Positions 40,732 through 50,255 of a DNA stretch of 61,735 nucleotides are shown here, one piece after another (positions within the stretch are counted from its first letter, which is position 1; each line of letters begins with the position of its first letter). Position numbers and translations under genes: made by a program. The stretch spans positions 169,594-231,328 of the forward strand of contig DAIUDD010000001.1 in assembly GCA_036845805.1 (NCBI GenBank), read 5' to 3'. The notes under the pieces were generated by a model, which saw only the letters and a list, made by a program, of their open reading frames with translations, was not told the origin of the DNA and ran no database searches. Source of the stretch: Patescibacteria group bacterium. Lineage in GTDB: Bacteria > Patescibacteriota > Patescibacteriia > UBA2196.

Positions 40732-41697
40732 ATGTCTTGGTTTGCCATTGCCATAATTGCTTATTTTCTCAATGCCATTGCCATGGTCATTGATAAAACT
40801 TTATTAAAAAAAGAAATCCCCAACCCCGTAGTCTATGTTTTCTATATTGCTCTTTTGGGCGCAATTTTAATACTTTTAATTCTACCTTTTGGTTTAACAA
40901 TACCCAATACCACCACTTTAATTATTGCGCTCATTTCCGGCGTTGTTTTTATTGCTGCTTTAATCTTAATGTTTCAAGCACTAAAAAAAGACGACGCCAC
41001 CCGCGTCACCTCTATGGTCGGCGGCCTAACGCCAATTTTTGTCTTTATTTTTGCTTGGTATCTGCTTGAAGAAAAATTCACTTCCCATCAACTGGGGGCC
41101 ATTATTCTCCTTATTATTGGCTCTCTTTTAATCGCTCTTGATTTTGAAGAACGCGGCCTTTGGCCTTGGATCGAAAAAAAAATGGGTTTTGCTAAAAATA
41201 TTTCTTTACCTTATTTAAGAAAAATAATTTGGTTCGCTTTACCCTCAGCTGCTCTTTTTGCTATTTCTTCTATTACTGCTAAATATGTTTACCAAAACAC
41301 CAGTTTTTTACCTGGCTTTATCTGGACCAGGGCCGGTTCTCTTTTGGCTGTTATTTTTTTATTATTATTTCCTAATAATTGGCATGCTGTTAAGGAAAGT
41401 TTTAAAAAAAACAAAGAAAACAAATCCGCCACAAAAAAAACTGGCGGCCGATTTCTCTTTGGCCAAGCTTGTGGTGGTGCTTCGGCACTCTTGCAACAAT
41501 ACGCTATTTTTTTAGGTTCCGTCGCCTTGGTTAATGCACTACAGGGGATACAATACGCCTTTGTCTTTTTAATTGTCATCATCTTAACATTTATCGCGCC
41601 CAAAATTCTAAAAGAAAATATTACCCGTTTAGTCTTAATCCAAAAAATTACAGCTATTTTACTCATTAGCGTTGGTCTCTATTTAATTGCTCTCTAA
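40732..41697 (+). CDS. EamA/DMT family transporter
   Basis: About ten TMs in two similar halves. Confidence 0.8.
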   Translation: MSWFAIAIIAYFLNAIAMVIDKTLLKKEIPNPVVYVFYIALLGAILILLILPFGLTIPNTTTLIIALISGVVFIAALILMFQALKKDDATRVTSMVGGLTPIFVFIFAWYLLEEKFTSHQLGAIILLIIGSLLIALDFEERGLWPWIEKKMGFAKNISLPYLRKIIWFALPSAALFAISSITAKYVYQNTSFLPGFIWTRAGSLLAVIFLLLFPNNWHAVKESFKKNKENKSATKKTGGRFLFGQACGGASALLQQYAIFLGSVALVNALQGIQYAFVFLIVIILTFIAPKILKENITRLVLIQKITAILLISVGLYLIAL

Positions 41698-41700
41698 TTT

Positions 41701-42699
41701 ATGCGCTTTAAAAAATCAACTCATTATAAAATTTTTTTTATCATTATTTTTATTTTTATATTTTTTCTCATTATTAGCACCTGGAACTTTAATGCTCGAG
41801 AAATAAAATGGGGGATTACCTTTAGTAAAAAACACGCTGCCGAACTTGGTCTTAATTGGTGGGAGGTCTATGACCGCGCCCTTAATGAACTTGTTTTTAT
41901 AAAAACCATCCGTTTACCCATCTACTGGCCAGAAGTGGAAAAAAATCCAGGTCAATATGATTTTACCGAATACGATTGGATGATTAAAGAGGCGGAGAAA
42001 AAAAATATTGAAATTATGCCTGTTTTGGGTCGCCGAGTACCGCGCTGGCCCGAATGTCATACTCCAACTTTTTATCAAGCTCTAACCGAAGCAGAAATTA
42101 AAACACATATTTTAAATCTCCTAACTGCCGAAATTAATCATTTTAAAAATTTTAATAATATCAAAAAATGGCAAATTGATAATGAACCTTTTGCTGATTT
42201 TTTTGGTGAATGCCCAATAGGCGATATAAACTTAGTAAACGAAGAAATTAACCTTGTTAAATCACTAGACACCCGCCCAATTGTTATTACTGAATCTGGT
42301 GAACTTTCTAATTGGCTTAAAGGCGCCAAACTGGCCGATATTTTAGGTGTCTCGATGTACCGTCAAACTTGGAATAAAAATTGGGGCTGGTTTAATTATC
42401 CTCTGCCCCCCGCCTACTATTTTTTTAAAACTCAAATCAATAAACTTCTGACGCCGATTAAAAAAATAATCAGTACTGAACTGCAAGTTGAACCCTGGGC
42501 TAAGCACAATGACATGAAAAATATGACGCTCTTTGACCAATATTACACTATGGATTTAAATCAAATAAAAAGTAACCTTAAATTTGCCAAAAAATCTGGC
42601 TTTGACGAAATTTATCTTTGGGGTATAGAATGGTGGTGGTGGCTAGGTGTTAAACACAATAACTGGACTTATTGGGAATATGGTAAAAACTTAAAATAA
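41701..42699 (+). CDS. Membrane-anchored clan GH-A glycoside hydrolase-like protein
   Basis: RLPIYW.EVE..PGQYDF, putative acid/base NEP and nucleophile TELQ. Confidence 0.7.
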   Translation: MRFKKSTHYKIFFIIIFIFIFFLIISTWNFNAREIKWGITFSKKHAAELGLNWWEVYDRALNELVFIKTIRLPIYWPEVEKNPGQYDFTEYDWMIKEAEKKNIEIMPVLGRRVPRWPECHTPTFYQALTEAEIKTHILNLLTAEINHFKNFNNIKKWQIDNEPFADFFGECPIGDINLVNEEINLVKSLDTRPIVITESGELSNWLKGAKLADILGVSMYRQTWNKNWGWFNYPLPPAYYFFKTQINKLLTPIKKIISTELQVEPWAKHNDMKNMTLFDQYYTMDLNQIKSNLKFAKKSGFDEIYLWGIEWWWWLGVKHNNWTYWEYGKNLK

Positions 42700-42742
42700 A
42701 ATTTAATAAAAAAAATCACAATTAACCAACGTTGGAGGAAAC

Positions 42743-42862
42743 ATGGCTCAAAAAATTACCACAAAGGAAATTTTGGAAATCATTAGATTTTTTTTAAAAA
42801 AGGTCTATTGTCTTCCTCCTAAACCTCGCCAAAGGGGTAGTCAAAAAATAATTTTCTATTAG
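42743..42862 (+). CDS. Unannotated 39-aa basic small protein
   Basis: GGAGG-AAAC-ATG; MAQKITTKEILEIIRFFLKKVYCLPPKPRQRGSQKIIFY; terminator follows. Confidence 0.5.
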   Translation: MAQKITTKEILEIIRFFLKKVYCLPPKPRQRGSQKIIFY

Positions 42863-42870
42863 CCCCTTCC

Positions 42871-42908
42871 GCCGTCTTTAGTTCTTAAAAGACGGCTTTT
42901 TTATTTTT
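42871..42908 (+). terminator. Intrinsic terminator
   Basis: GCCGTCTTT/AAAGACGGC stem then T-run. Confidence 0.7.
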
Positions 42909-42952
42909 CTAAAAAGAGGTATAATAAATTTGACTGTTTAAAACTTAAAAAT

Positions 42953-44938
42953 ATGGCCAACCTGGACCACCTAGAAGAAAAAATAAAAAAAGAAGCTCTC
43001 GAACTAGAAGAGCTGGTCGGATTTAAAAAAAAGCCCTGGTATAAAAAAATACACCTCTGGTTAATTTTTATTTTTTTTATTATTATTTTTGGTATCGCTC
43101 TGTTATATTTTATCTATTGGCGCCCATTACAAAATTCCATTAATCTAGCCATTCAAACACAAAATTATTTTCAACAAGCGCAAGAAAACCTCATGCGCGG
43201 TGATTTTATTCAAGCCAGAAACGCAATCGAAAAAGCACAAGCTAGTTTAGCTTCATTAGATAAAAACGTTAATAAATTAAATTCTCCCCTAATGGCTGGC
43301 TACCTAAAAAATCAATACGACGGAATCAAAAACTTGATCTCCGCTATCGATACCTTCAGTCAGGGGCTTTATCTCTTAACCAACCTCTCCCATGACGTTT
43401 TGTGGGGCAAAGACAACACTGCACCTAACAGCTCGCTTGTCTTAACCGCTGCCAAAAGACAAGAAATACTTAAAAGATTTGTAGAAGCAGCGCCGCAATT
43501 AAATGGCGCCAAAGCCCAAATTAATTTGGCTTTATTAAAATTACAAACCGGACCAGAATCTCTCCACCCTAAATTACAAGAATATTATCTCACCCTTAAG
43601 ACCAAGCTAGTAATTTTGCAAAGTTTTTTAATTAAAGCTCAAGGATTAGCCGAAATTCTGCCAGAAATGTTGGGTCTTGGGCAAGAAAAAACTTATCTAT
43701 TTTTACTCCAAAACAACCACGAGTTGCGACCTACCGGCGGTTTTATCGGCACGGTCGGTATTATTAAAATAAAAAACGGTGAATTAACCCATACCGAAAC
43801 TTCTGATGTCTACGATTATGATAAATTTGCCATTAACAAAATAAAAAACGCCCCGCCAGCACCTTTAAAAAAATATTTAAAAATTAATGAATGGTATCTA
43901 AGAGATAGTAATTGGTCAGCTGATTTTCCGACCGCTCTTAATGACATTGAAAAACTATTCCACAGTGAAGTCGCTTTTTCCAACGGTAAAATTAAAGATC
44001 AAAAATTTGACGGCATTATTGCCATTACCCCTAAAATAATCACTGATATTTTAGGTATTTTGGGAGCAATAGAAGTTGATTCCTTTATTTTTAACCAAGA
44101 TAATTTTGTTGACCAACTACAATATTTAGTTGAAGTTGGTTTTCAAGAACAAAATGTTCCTTACTTTCAAAGAAAAAACATCGTTGGTCACCTCACGGAA
44201 AAAATTGTCAAAAAATTAGAAAATATTAATTTAAATAATTTGGTAGATATTGGTAAAGCTGTTTTTAATAATTTAAACCAAAAACATATTATTATCCACA
44301 GCAAAAAACCCGTCATTCAAAATTTAATCGCCCAAGAAAATTGGGCTGGAAAAATTAACGAAACTCGCGATGATTTTATTTATGTTGTTGATGCTAATTT
44401 AGCCGCTCTTAAATCAAACCAATGTGTTGATCGTCAAATAAAATACTCTTTTGAACCGCTCACTGATCAAATTAAAGCGCGCTTAGACATTACTTATATT
44501 AATAATTGCACTTTTACCTGGCAATCTACCCGCTATCGTACCTATACCAGAGTCTATCTGCCACTCGGTTCCAAATGGATTTCTACCGCTGGTTCGATGG
44601 ATATGGATCGCTCTCCTAAACCCGGCACTACCGATATTTATGAAGAAAATAATAAAACAGTTTTTGGCACCTTCATTGCGGTAGAACCAAAAAAAACCGG
44701 CACACTCTCTTTTAATTACTATCTACCAGACTATTTAACTAAAAAGATACTAAGTGGCGAAGAATATCGTCTCTATGCTCAAAAACAACCTGGCACCTTT
44801 AACAATCAATTAATCTTAAATCTTAATTTTAACAATCCTATTAAGTTTTCTGAACCACTCGTCACTAATCTTGCCCCAAACTCTTACCAATTTAAAACCG
44901 ACTTGGAAATCGATCGCGACATAAAAATATCATTTTAA
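42953..44938 (+). CDS. DUF4012-like membrane-anchored protein
   Basis: YLFLLQNNHELRPTGGFIG, LRDSNWSADFP, Y.LYAQKQPG. Confidence 0.85.
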   Translation: MANLDHLEEKIKKEALELEELVGFKKKPWYKKIHLWLIFIFFIIIFGIALLYFIYWRPLQNSINLAIQTQNYFQQAQENLMRGDFIQARNAIEKAQASLASLDKNVNKLNSPLMAGYLKNQYDGIKNLISAIDTFSQGLYLLTNLSHDVLWGKDNTAPNSSLVLTAAKRQEILKRFVEAAPQLNGAKAQINLALLKLQTGPESLHPKLQEYYLTLKTKLVILQSFLIKAQGLAEILPEMLGLGQEKTYLFLLQNNHELRPTGGFIGTVGIIKIKNGELTHTETSDVYDYDKFAINKIKNAPPAPLKKYLKINEWYLRDSNWSADFPTALNDIEKLFHSEVAFSNGKIKDQKFDGIIAITPKIITDILGILGAIEVDSFIFNQDNFVDQLQYLVEVGFQEQNVPYFQRKNIVGHLTEKIVKKLENINLNNLVDIGKAVFNNLNQKHIIIHSKKPVIQNLIAQENWAGKINETRDDFIYVVDANLAALKSNQCVDRQIKYSFEPLTDQIKARLDITYINNCTFTWQSTRYRTYTRVYLPLGSKWISTAGSMDMDRSPKPGTTDIYEENNKTVFGTFIAVEPKKTGTLSFNYYLPDYLTKKILSGEEYRLYAQKQPGTFNNQLILNLNFNNPIKFSEPLVTNLAPNSYQFKTDLEIDRDIKISF

Positions 44939-45198
44939 TTTTTTCTGACTAAATATTATTTTGACAATATTTTTATTTCTGCAAGATTAAAATCCGCTCT
45001 TTAGAAATACTATCAACAGAACCACTTTAAAAAATAGAAAAATACATAAGGTGCTGCGGTGCTAACCGATCTTCCTTTGTCTGTCTTGTTAGTGGCTCAC
45101 TATTTTTATAGGCCGAAAAGACTAAAAATCAATTCGGTCTTTTTTTATAATTAAATTGCCAAAAACACAAAAATTCAGTAAAATTAAAACACAATTAT

Positions 45199-47022
45199 AT
45201 GACCGATAATATCAGAAACTTCTGCATCATTGCTCATATCGATCACGGCAAATCCACGCTGGCTGATCGCCTTTTAGAATTTACCCATACAGTCGAACAA
45301 AGAAAGATGAAAGAACAAATTTTAGACACCATGGATTTAGAACGCGAACGCGGTATTACTATTAAGCTTCAACCAGTCAGAATGGACTACCAAAATTATA
45401 TTCTGAATTTAATTGACACCCCTGGTCATGTTGATTTCACTTATGAAGTCTCGCGTTCACTCGCCGCGGTGGAAGGTGCTCTACTTTTAGTTGATGCCAC
45501 TCAAGGCATTCAAGCGCAAACCCTGGCTAATTATCATCTTGCCCAAGAACAAGGTCTAACCATTATTCCAGTTATCAATAAAATTGACTTGCCCTCCGCT
45601 CGGATTAAAGAAACAGCACAAGAATTAATTGATTTATTACACTGTTCCGCCACCGACATTGTTATGGTCTCCGGAAAAACAGGGCAGGGAATTGAAGAAT
45701 TATTAAAGACCGTTATTAATAAAATTCCGCCGCCACAGATTAAAAACAATCATTTGCAAGCCTTAATTTTTGATTCCATTTATAACGACTATAAAGGCGT
45801 AGTTGCCTATGTTAGAATTTTTGGTGGTGAAGTTAAGATGGGCGACAAAATTCATTTTATTGGCACCAACAAAACCAGTGAAATTTTGGAAGTCGGATAT
45901 TTCAAGCCACAATTTGTCAAAAGCGCGGTTTTAAAAACCGGTGAGATTGGTTATCTCATTTCTGGTATTAAAGACCTGTCTTCCTGTCGAGTTGGTGACA
46001 CAATTATTAATCACGATCAAATTCCAAATCAAAAAAATTTAACCCTGCCCGGCTATAAACAAATTAAATCCATGGTTTTTGCTGGCTTCTTCTGTAAAGA
46101 AGGCATTGAATATGTCGATTTGCGTGAAGGTTTGGAAAAAATAAAATTAACTGATGCCTCTTTATTTTTTGAACCAGAACATTCGCCAGCCCTTGGACCG
46201 GGTTTTCGTTGTGGTTTTCTTGGTCTGTTACACATGGAAATTATTCAAGAAAGATTAAGCCGTGAATATCAGTTAGACCTAATTGTCACCACCCCAAGCG
46301 TGGCCTATCAAATAAAAAAGAAAAATAACACCAACTATCTTATTATTCACTCGCCGCAAGAATTACCCAACAGCGGTGAAATAATAGAAACGCTGGAGCC
46401 GTGGGTTAAAGTTAGTATTATTACTCCTAAAGATTATCTCGGTAATTTAATGTCTTTAATGACCGAAAAAAGAGGTGTTTATCTTAATACCGATTATTTT
46501 TCTCATGATTCAGCGCGTTTAATTTTACACTACGAAATGCCCTTGAGTTCCGTCTTGACTGATTTTTATGATAAGCTTAAAAGCTCGTCCTCTGGCTATG
46601 CTTCGCTTAATTATGAATTAATCGGTTATCGTTCCTGTCAGGTTGAGAGATTAGACATTGTCATTGCAGAAGAAAAAGTTGATGCCCTGGCCACCATTGT
46701 TTATCAAGATGAAGCCTACCGCGTCGGCCGTAAAATTGTGGAATCATTAAAAGAAGTTCTACCGCGTGCCATGTTTGAAATTAAAATTCAAGCCGTTTTA
46801 GGTTATCAGGAACAAAACGCTAATAAAGGAGGGAAAATAATTGCCTCCGAAAGAATTCCGCCCATGCGTAAAGATGTGACTGGTTATCTTTATGGGGGAG
46901 ATATTACTCGTAAAAGAAAACTTTTGGAGAAACAAAAAAGAGGGAAGAAAAAAATGCGTGCTCTGGGCAAGGGTCGAGTTGACATACCCACTACCGCTTA
47001 TTTATCGGTCTTAAAAAGATAA
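45199..47022 (+). CDS. lepA: Elongation factor 4
   Basis: IRNFCIIAHIDHGKSTLADR, GFLGLLHMEI, RKDVT..LYGGDITRKRKLL. Confidence 0.98.
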   Translation: MTDNIRNFCIIAHIDHGKSTLADRLLEFTHTVEQRKMKEQILDTMDLERERGITIKLQPVRMDYQNYILNLIDTPGHVDFTYEVSRSLAAVEGALLLVDATQGIQAQTLANYHLAQEQGLTIIPVINKIDLPSARIKETAQELIDLLHCSATDIVMVSGKTGQGIEELLKTVINKIPPPQIKNNHLQALIFDSIYNDYKGVVAYVRIFGGEVKMGDKIHFIGTNKTSEILEVGYFKPQFVKSAVLKTGEIGYLISGIKDLSSCRVGDTIINHDQIPNQKNLTLPGYKQIKSMVFAGFFCKEGIEYVDLREGLEKIKLTDASLFFEPEHSPALGPGFRCGFLGLLHMEIIQERLSREYQLDLIVTTPSVAYQIKKKNNTNYLIIHSPQELPNSGEIIETLEPWVKVSIITPKDYLGNLMSLMTEKRGVYLNTDYFSHDSARLILHYEMPLSSVLTDFYDKLKSSSSGYASLNYELIGYRSCQVERLDIVIAEEKVDALATIVYQDEAYRVGRKIVESLKEVLPRAMFEIKIQAVLGYQEQNANKGGKIIASERIPPMRKDVTGYLYGGDITRKRKLLEKQKRGKKKMRALGKGRVDIPTTAYLSVLKR

Positions 47023-47150
47023 TAATTTGCTTAATTTATTCCTCTCTGCTACCAATTTTCTTACTCTGCAATCAATAAACAAAATTTAATTGTCTTTGTT
47101 TAAAAATAGCCTTATAATTAAATCTAACACAAACTAATTTATCACAGCTT

Positions 47151-47237
47151 ATGAAGTCTCGTAAATTAATTAAAATCTTTTGGATTATTATCTCAATTTT
47201 TGTTATTATTTCCATGCTCGCTTGGATTGCGGTATAA
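47151..47237 (+). CDS. Unannotated 28-aa single-TM peptide
   Basis: MKSRKLIKIFWIIISIFVIISMLAWIAV: basic N-terminus then hydrophobic helix. Confidence 0.5.
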   Translation: MKSRKLIKIFWIIISIFVIISMLAWIAV

Positions 47238-47326
47238 TTCTTAATATTTAATTTTGAATTTTAAATTTTATTGTTTCAAAATTAAATATTAAAAAATTGA
47301 AAATTATTTTAAAATTTTGAAAATTT

Positions 47327-48016
47327 ATGCCCTTCTACTCTTCCCATCTTCGTGATGGCGAACAAATTATTGCCATTATCCGTCGTCACTGGTTAACTAT
47401 TTTGCCACAGATTATTATTTGTGTGCTTTTATTTTTTATTCCTTTCTTTTTTATGTTTCCGCTCTTTGATTTAGGCACTATCGGTCAAATAATTTTTTCC
47501 TTGCTTTTGGGTATTGCTTTTTTATATCTCATTAAATTATCTATTTTAACCTATTATAACTGTTTGATTATCACCACTAAAAGAATCATTGACTTTCATC
47601 AAAAAAAATCTCTGGAACGAAAAGTCCAAGAGGCCGATTTTTTAGATATTGCCGATGTTTCTTATCAAATCAAAGGATTATTTCAAATTCTTTCTCGTTC
47701 TGGCAATTTAATGATCAAATCTAAAAATTTCGGTGCTGAACCAAATATTGTCATTGTTGGCATTAAAAAACCAATGCAGATTCAAAATTTAATCATTGAT
47801 TTAAAAAAATTAGCCGAGGAAGAAAATAAAATTAATAACAATCGTCATCAAGTTCAAGCATCATACCGTGAAATTTTACAAAAAATAAAAGCCGATATTG
47901 GACCAGATGGCGTCAAAAAATTATTAAGTAATCTCGAATCTACCACCGCCGATCAGACAGATAAAGATAAAAATAAAAATAATAAAAACGATATTGATTT
48001 AGAATTTTTAAAATAA
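47327..48016 (+). CDS. Membrane protein with bacterial PH-like domain
   Basis: IRRHW, two TMs, IITTKRIIDFHQK..DIADVSYQIKG. Confidence 0.7.
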   Translation: MPFYSSHLRDGEQIIAIIRRHWLTILPQIIICVLLFFIPFFFMFPLFDLGTIGQIIFSLLLGIAFLYLIKLSILTYYNCLIITTKRIIDFHQKKSLERKVQEADFLDIADVSYQIKGLFQILSRSGNLMIKSKNFGAEPNIVIVGIKKPMQIQNLIIDLKKLAEEENKINNNRHQVQASYREILQKIKADIGPDGVKKLLSNLESTTADQTDKDKNKNNKNDIDLEFLK

Positions 48017-48090
48017 ATTTTTTATTTAAATAAAAAATTTTATCCCAAGTCCTTATTTATCAAAACCAAAAATCTCATTCTGTTTTTTCT

Positions 48091-48465
48091 ATGCGTCACA
48101 TCCACCACACCACTAATTATTTTTCTACCAAGACATTATTTTGGCTCTTGTGCTTAATATTTTTATTTACCTCTTTTGCTATTTATAAACAACTTAATCG
48201 TCAAAAACAAATTGATCTAAGTAACGAAAAAATAAAAAATGACATTGTTCAATTAGAAGCACAAAATAAAGAATTAGAACAATTAATTGCTTATTTTAGT
48301 AGTTCGGAATTTGTGGAAAAAGAAGCCCGCGAAAAACTCAACATGGCCAAACCCGGTGAAAAAACCCTGGTTATCACTCAAGACAAAAACACAATCATAA
48401 ATAATCAAGAAAAAAAACAAACCTCTAATCCCCTTGGTTGGTGGCAATATTTTTTTGGTAAATAA
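48091..48465 (+). CDS. Septum formation initiator (FtsB/DivIC-like)
   Basis: TM, coiled coil, EKEAREKLNMAKPGE. Confidence 0.85.
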   Translation: MRHIHHTTNYFSTKTLFWLLCLIFLFTSFAIYKQLNRQKQIDLSNEKIKNDIVQLEAQNKELEQLIAYFSSSEFVEKEAREKLNMAKPGEKTLVITQDKNTIINNQEKKQTSNPLGWWQYFFGK

Positions 48466-48513
48466 ACTGAATAATTATTATAACTCTGAACTTTAATTCA
48501 GATATAAAGTAAC

Positions 48514-48588
48514 GCGGGTATCGTATAATGGCTATTATGTATCCTTCCCAAGGATAAAATACGGGTCCGATTCCCGTTACCCGCTCCA
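48514..48588 (+). tRNA. tRNA-Gly(CCC)
   Basis: GCGGGTA/TACCCGC acceptor, TATCC-TTCCCAA-GGATA arm, encoded CCA; T-loop TCCGATT is non-canonical. Confidence 0.9.
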
Positions 48589-48611
48589 CAATAAAAATTA
48601 ATTTTAAAAAT

Positions 48612-48923
48612 ATGTTAAATTCTAAATTTATTATGCGTGGTCTTATGCACAGTCTCTTAGTGATTCTATACATTGCCCTAGTTGCCTGTATTATGTCTAA
48701 TGCTGAACACTGGTTTGGCCAAATGAATGGCGCCATTGGTGCTTCTGCATTTTTACTTTTATTTGTCTTATCTGCTACCATTGTTGGTAGTTTGGTTTTA
48801 GGTAAGCCACTTTTACTTTATCTTGAAAATGAAAAGAAAAATGCTTTGACTTTGTTTTTTTATACTGTCACTTGGCTTTTTGTCTGGTTGATATTATATT
48901 TTATAATCCTGGCAATTATATAA
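48612..48923 (+). CDS. Small three-TM hypothetical protein
   Basis: 103 aa hydrophobic ORF, LLLFVLSATIVGSLVLGKP. Confidence 0.75.
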   Translation: MLNSKFIMRGLMHSLLVILYIALVACIMSNAEHWFGQMNGAIGASAFLLLFVLSATIVGSLVLGKPLLLYLENEKKNALTLFFYTVTWLFVWLILYFIILAII

Positions 48924-48930
48924 TTTAACC

Positions 48931-49199
48931 GCCACCTTAGCTCCGCCGCATTTTGCGGGGCAAGCAACTGGCCCGCCCGCAACGCCTCGCAAGCTCGGCT
49001 TGCGTGGCAGGCGAGTAGCCTCTGGCCCTACGGGCCATATGCTAGGGAGGGAGCAACGGTATCGCCCGCCTGCCAAAGCCATCTTAGCTCAGCTGGTAGA
49101 GCAACGCATTCGTAACGCGTAGGTCGTCGGTTCAAATCCGACAGATGGCTCTGGCGGGCAGGTAAACCAAGGTTCCCGGTTCAAGCCCGGGAGGTGGCT
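48931..49199 (+). pseudogene. Split outer tRNA-Thr enclosing hairpins and a complete tRNA
   Basis: GCCACCT/AGGTGGC acceptor, GCTC/GAGC D stem, CCCGG-TTCAAGC-CCGGG T arm; inserts 48944-49050 and 49065-49162. Confidence 0.7.
49078..49150 (+). tRNA. tRNA-Thr(CGT), intact, nested
   Basis: Full cloverleaf; ACGCA-TTCGTAA-CGCGT anticodon arm; GTCGG-TTCAAAT-CCGAC T arm. Confidence 0.93.
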
Positions 49200-49230
49200 T
49201 TTATAAAAAATAAAAAATCATAAAACTTTT

Positions 49231-50097
49231 ATGTCAATACCCAAATTATTACTTTATTACTTTATTACTTTATTACTTATTTCTTCTTATCATTCTGCTC
49301 ATGCTGCCGAACTTTCCACTTCCACTCCAACGACCACCGACCAAATAAATCCGGTTATCACCGAACCTTGGACAAAATACGAATCTATCCACGCAATTGA
49401 TAATAATATTAACAATTATTATTATCTTAATAATGGCCAAAATAATTTTTCTATTTATATTAAAAAAGAAACCAGCGCGCAAAATTTAAATCTGGTGCTA
49501 CGTGAACTTGGTTATAACTGGATTCCAACTGGTCCAACAATTGATGAAAAAGGCAATCAAACCAATTTGGAAAGGATTTCTTTTGCTTATGAATATGATT
49601 TCATTAGCGACCAAAAAATCAGACCATTTGCTTTACCCATTACTTTAAATTTCAAAACAGATATTCTTTATGATATTCACGGCAACACCGATATGCGCCG
49701 CAAAATTATTCACTATTGGGACAAAGGCAGGGGAGTCTGGCGCCCGCTGCCAACTGTCACTGATTTAGCGCACAATATTGCTGCCGCGCGAACTTATTTA
49801 CCCTATAGTATTCTTGCTGTTTTTATGGCGCAAAACGAATTTGATGCTTATGCTTCTTGGTATCCAGACTCACTCACGCCTAGTTCAAAATATAACGGTG
49901 CCTCCAATAATTATAAAATTGGCACTTATGTTAAGGTTTGCCGTTTAGATAATCTGGCAAAATGTGTTAAAATTAAAATAGTTTCTACTGGTCCTTATGT
50001 TGATAACCGCATTGTGGATCTAACCAAAACTGCTTTTCAAACCATTGGTAATCCCGGCGGCGGCATTGTCGGCGTCAGAGTTATCCCGGTCAAATAA
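49231..50097 (+). CDS. Secreted protein with C-terminal RlpA-like double-psi beta-barrel
   Basis: Signal peptide; YASWY..GTYVKV..TGPYVDNRIVDLTKTAF. Confidence 0.75.
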   Translation: MSIPKLLLYYFITLLLISSYHSAHAAELSTSTPTTTDQINPVITEPWTKYESIHAIDNNINNYYYLNNGQNNFSIYIKKETSAQNLNLVLRELGYNWIPTGPTIDEKGNQTNLERISFAYEYDFISDQKIRPFALPITLNFKTDILYDIHGNTDMRRKIIHYWDKGRGVWRPLPTVTDLAHNIAAARTYLPYSILAVFMAQNEFDAYASWYPDSLTPSSKYNGASNNYKIGTYVKVCRLDNLAKCVKIKIVSTGPYVDNRIVDLTKTAFQTIGNPGGGIVGVRVIPVK

Positions 50098-50175
50098 GTT
50101 TAATTTTTCTCCTTTATACTCTTAAATCTTAAATCATAAATCTTACCTCTAAAATTTTGTCCCTTAATTTCTTAT

Positions 50176-50229
50176 TTTCTGGTTGCTTCAGCAACCATCC
50201 CGCCGTGGCGGGATGAAAGCAGAGCTTTC
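50176..50229. repeat. 54-nt twin-hairpin element, copy 1
   Basis: GGTTGC-TTCA-GCAACC plus CATCCCGCC-GT-GGCGGGATG; second copy at 51952. Confidence 0.8.
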
Positions 50230-50255
50230 AATTTCTTAATTTCTTTATTTCCTTT

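Noticed and set aside
48894-49082. 62-aa minus-strand ORF
   Set aside because: Artefact of GC-rich tRNA and hairpin sequence
48944-49162. Group I or II intron in the tRNA
   Set aside because: Inserts are ~100 nt stacks of simple hairpins; no ribozyme core recognisable
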